Of a stretch of 64,000 bases of DNA, positions 63,048 to 64,000 are shown in pieces; position 1 is the first letter of the stretch, and the number at the start of each line of letters is the position of its first letter. Location: positions 18,600,001 through 18,664,000 of the forward strand of contig NC_135811.1 in assembly GCF_964213995.1 (NCBI RefSeq), read 5' to 3'. The notes beneath the pieces were generated by a model. It was not told the DNA's origin and made no database searches. It saw nothing but the letters and a program-made list of their open reading frames with translations. This DNA is from Mustelus asterias (lineage: Eukaryota). A program made the position numbers and the translations under genes.

Positions 63048-64000
63048 TCCACAAGAGAGACATAGAAGATCCAAGTTGACAAGAAAAGGCATTGCACCTG
63101 ATCTTGGTTTTCATCTGATGCTTGATGTAGCCAAAAAGATTGAGAGTCGCACCTCTGCCAGGTGGTCATGGTTTCACCCCAGCCATCCTGCAGCCCTCAT
63201 CTTTTCACCCAGCCTATTTGAGTTAAATCACTGCCAATAAATGAGTACCAGCACCGAATAATTGGGCCAACGGGTCTGTTTCTGTGCTGGCTATTCTAAG
63301 TAATTCTATGCATGCATCAATGCTCATTGGTTGCGTTTAATTCTCTTTCAAAGAAATACATTAAAGGAGGGCAACATAAAGGTATGTTTCAAGGATTGTA
63401 ATTTTCTTGCCTCGAGAAGCTTGCTTCCTCTGTGCATTGTTACATCAACATTTCAGACATGCCAGCACATCTTCCTTCATCACAAGCTACACAATGATTC
63501 TACATCGTATATGCAGGAATTTGCAAAGAAAATTAAAATTCAAAATTAAGAAAATGATGTTTCATAATATAGTACGTTACTTGTGCCAATACTTAATGTA
63601 ATTACAATTTTAGCTTGATATATATATATATATAAATATAGACACACACATATATTTAAATAAATCATGACCTTTTTTCTTTTTCTTTTCAAATTAAATG
63701 GAAACCCAACAGTACAACATCTATAAATGAAGAGCTTTACAATTTTCAACATAGCGATAGGTAGTTCTCCTGTAGAAGAATTCCCTTTTCACCTGTGGGA
63801 CTTTGGGTCAAATTCAGCCCTTGACTGATGAATTTAAAATATTCTCTTTTCCTCTGGTTATAATGAATGCTTTCAGGCAATTATCTGCCCAATTGTTAAT
63901 GAGCAGGATTTTACTGTACAAAGCTGCCCATAACTTGTTAAACTGACTGACTTACTACAGCCGCAAGGGTGGGTGGAGTGGAAAATGGAAACACTAGTTA

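Overview
Vertebrate genomic DNA, very probably from a shark (HE1/V-SINE, CR1/HER1-type LINE, Deu-SINE and Penelope repeats). It carries the conserved block DENND10(FAM45A)(-) / EIF3A(+) / NANOS1(-). I traced the first two coding exons of DENND10. All 22 EIF3A coding exons were traced by GT-AG sites and phase (3528-nt CDS, 1175 aa, short C-terminal repeat domain). NANOS1 is a single ORF of 254 aa. EIF3A introns host two intact SNORA19-type H/ACA snoRNAs and possibly a decayed third. The most unusual items are: (1) a TSD-flanked Gypsy element lacking protease and RT, whose primer-binding position is complementary to its own LTR rather than to a tRNA; (2) minimal hammerhead ribozyme motifs in Penelope termini, one inside a perfect 85-bp-arm palindrome; (3) a ~100-bp copy of the NANOS1 3'UTR inserted into a SINE upstream of NANOS1; (4) a 50-bp NRF1-site tandem repeat in the EIF3A promoter. 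Gene and family identifications come from recalled homology and no database search was run. Repeat boundaries are approximate.
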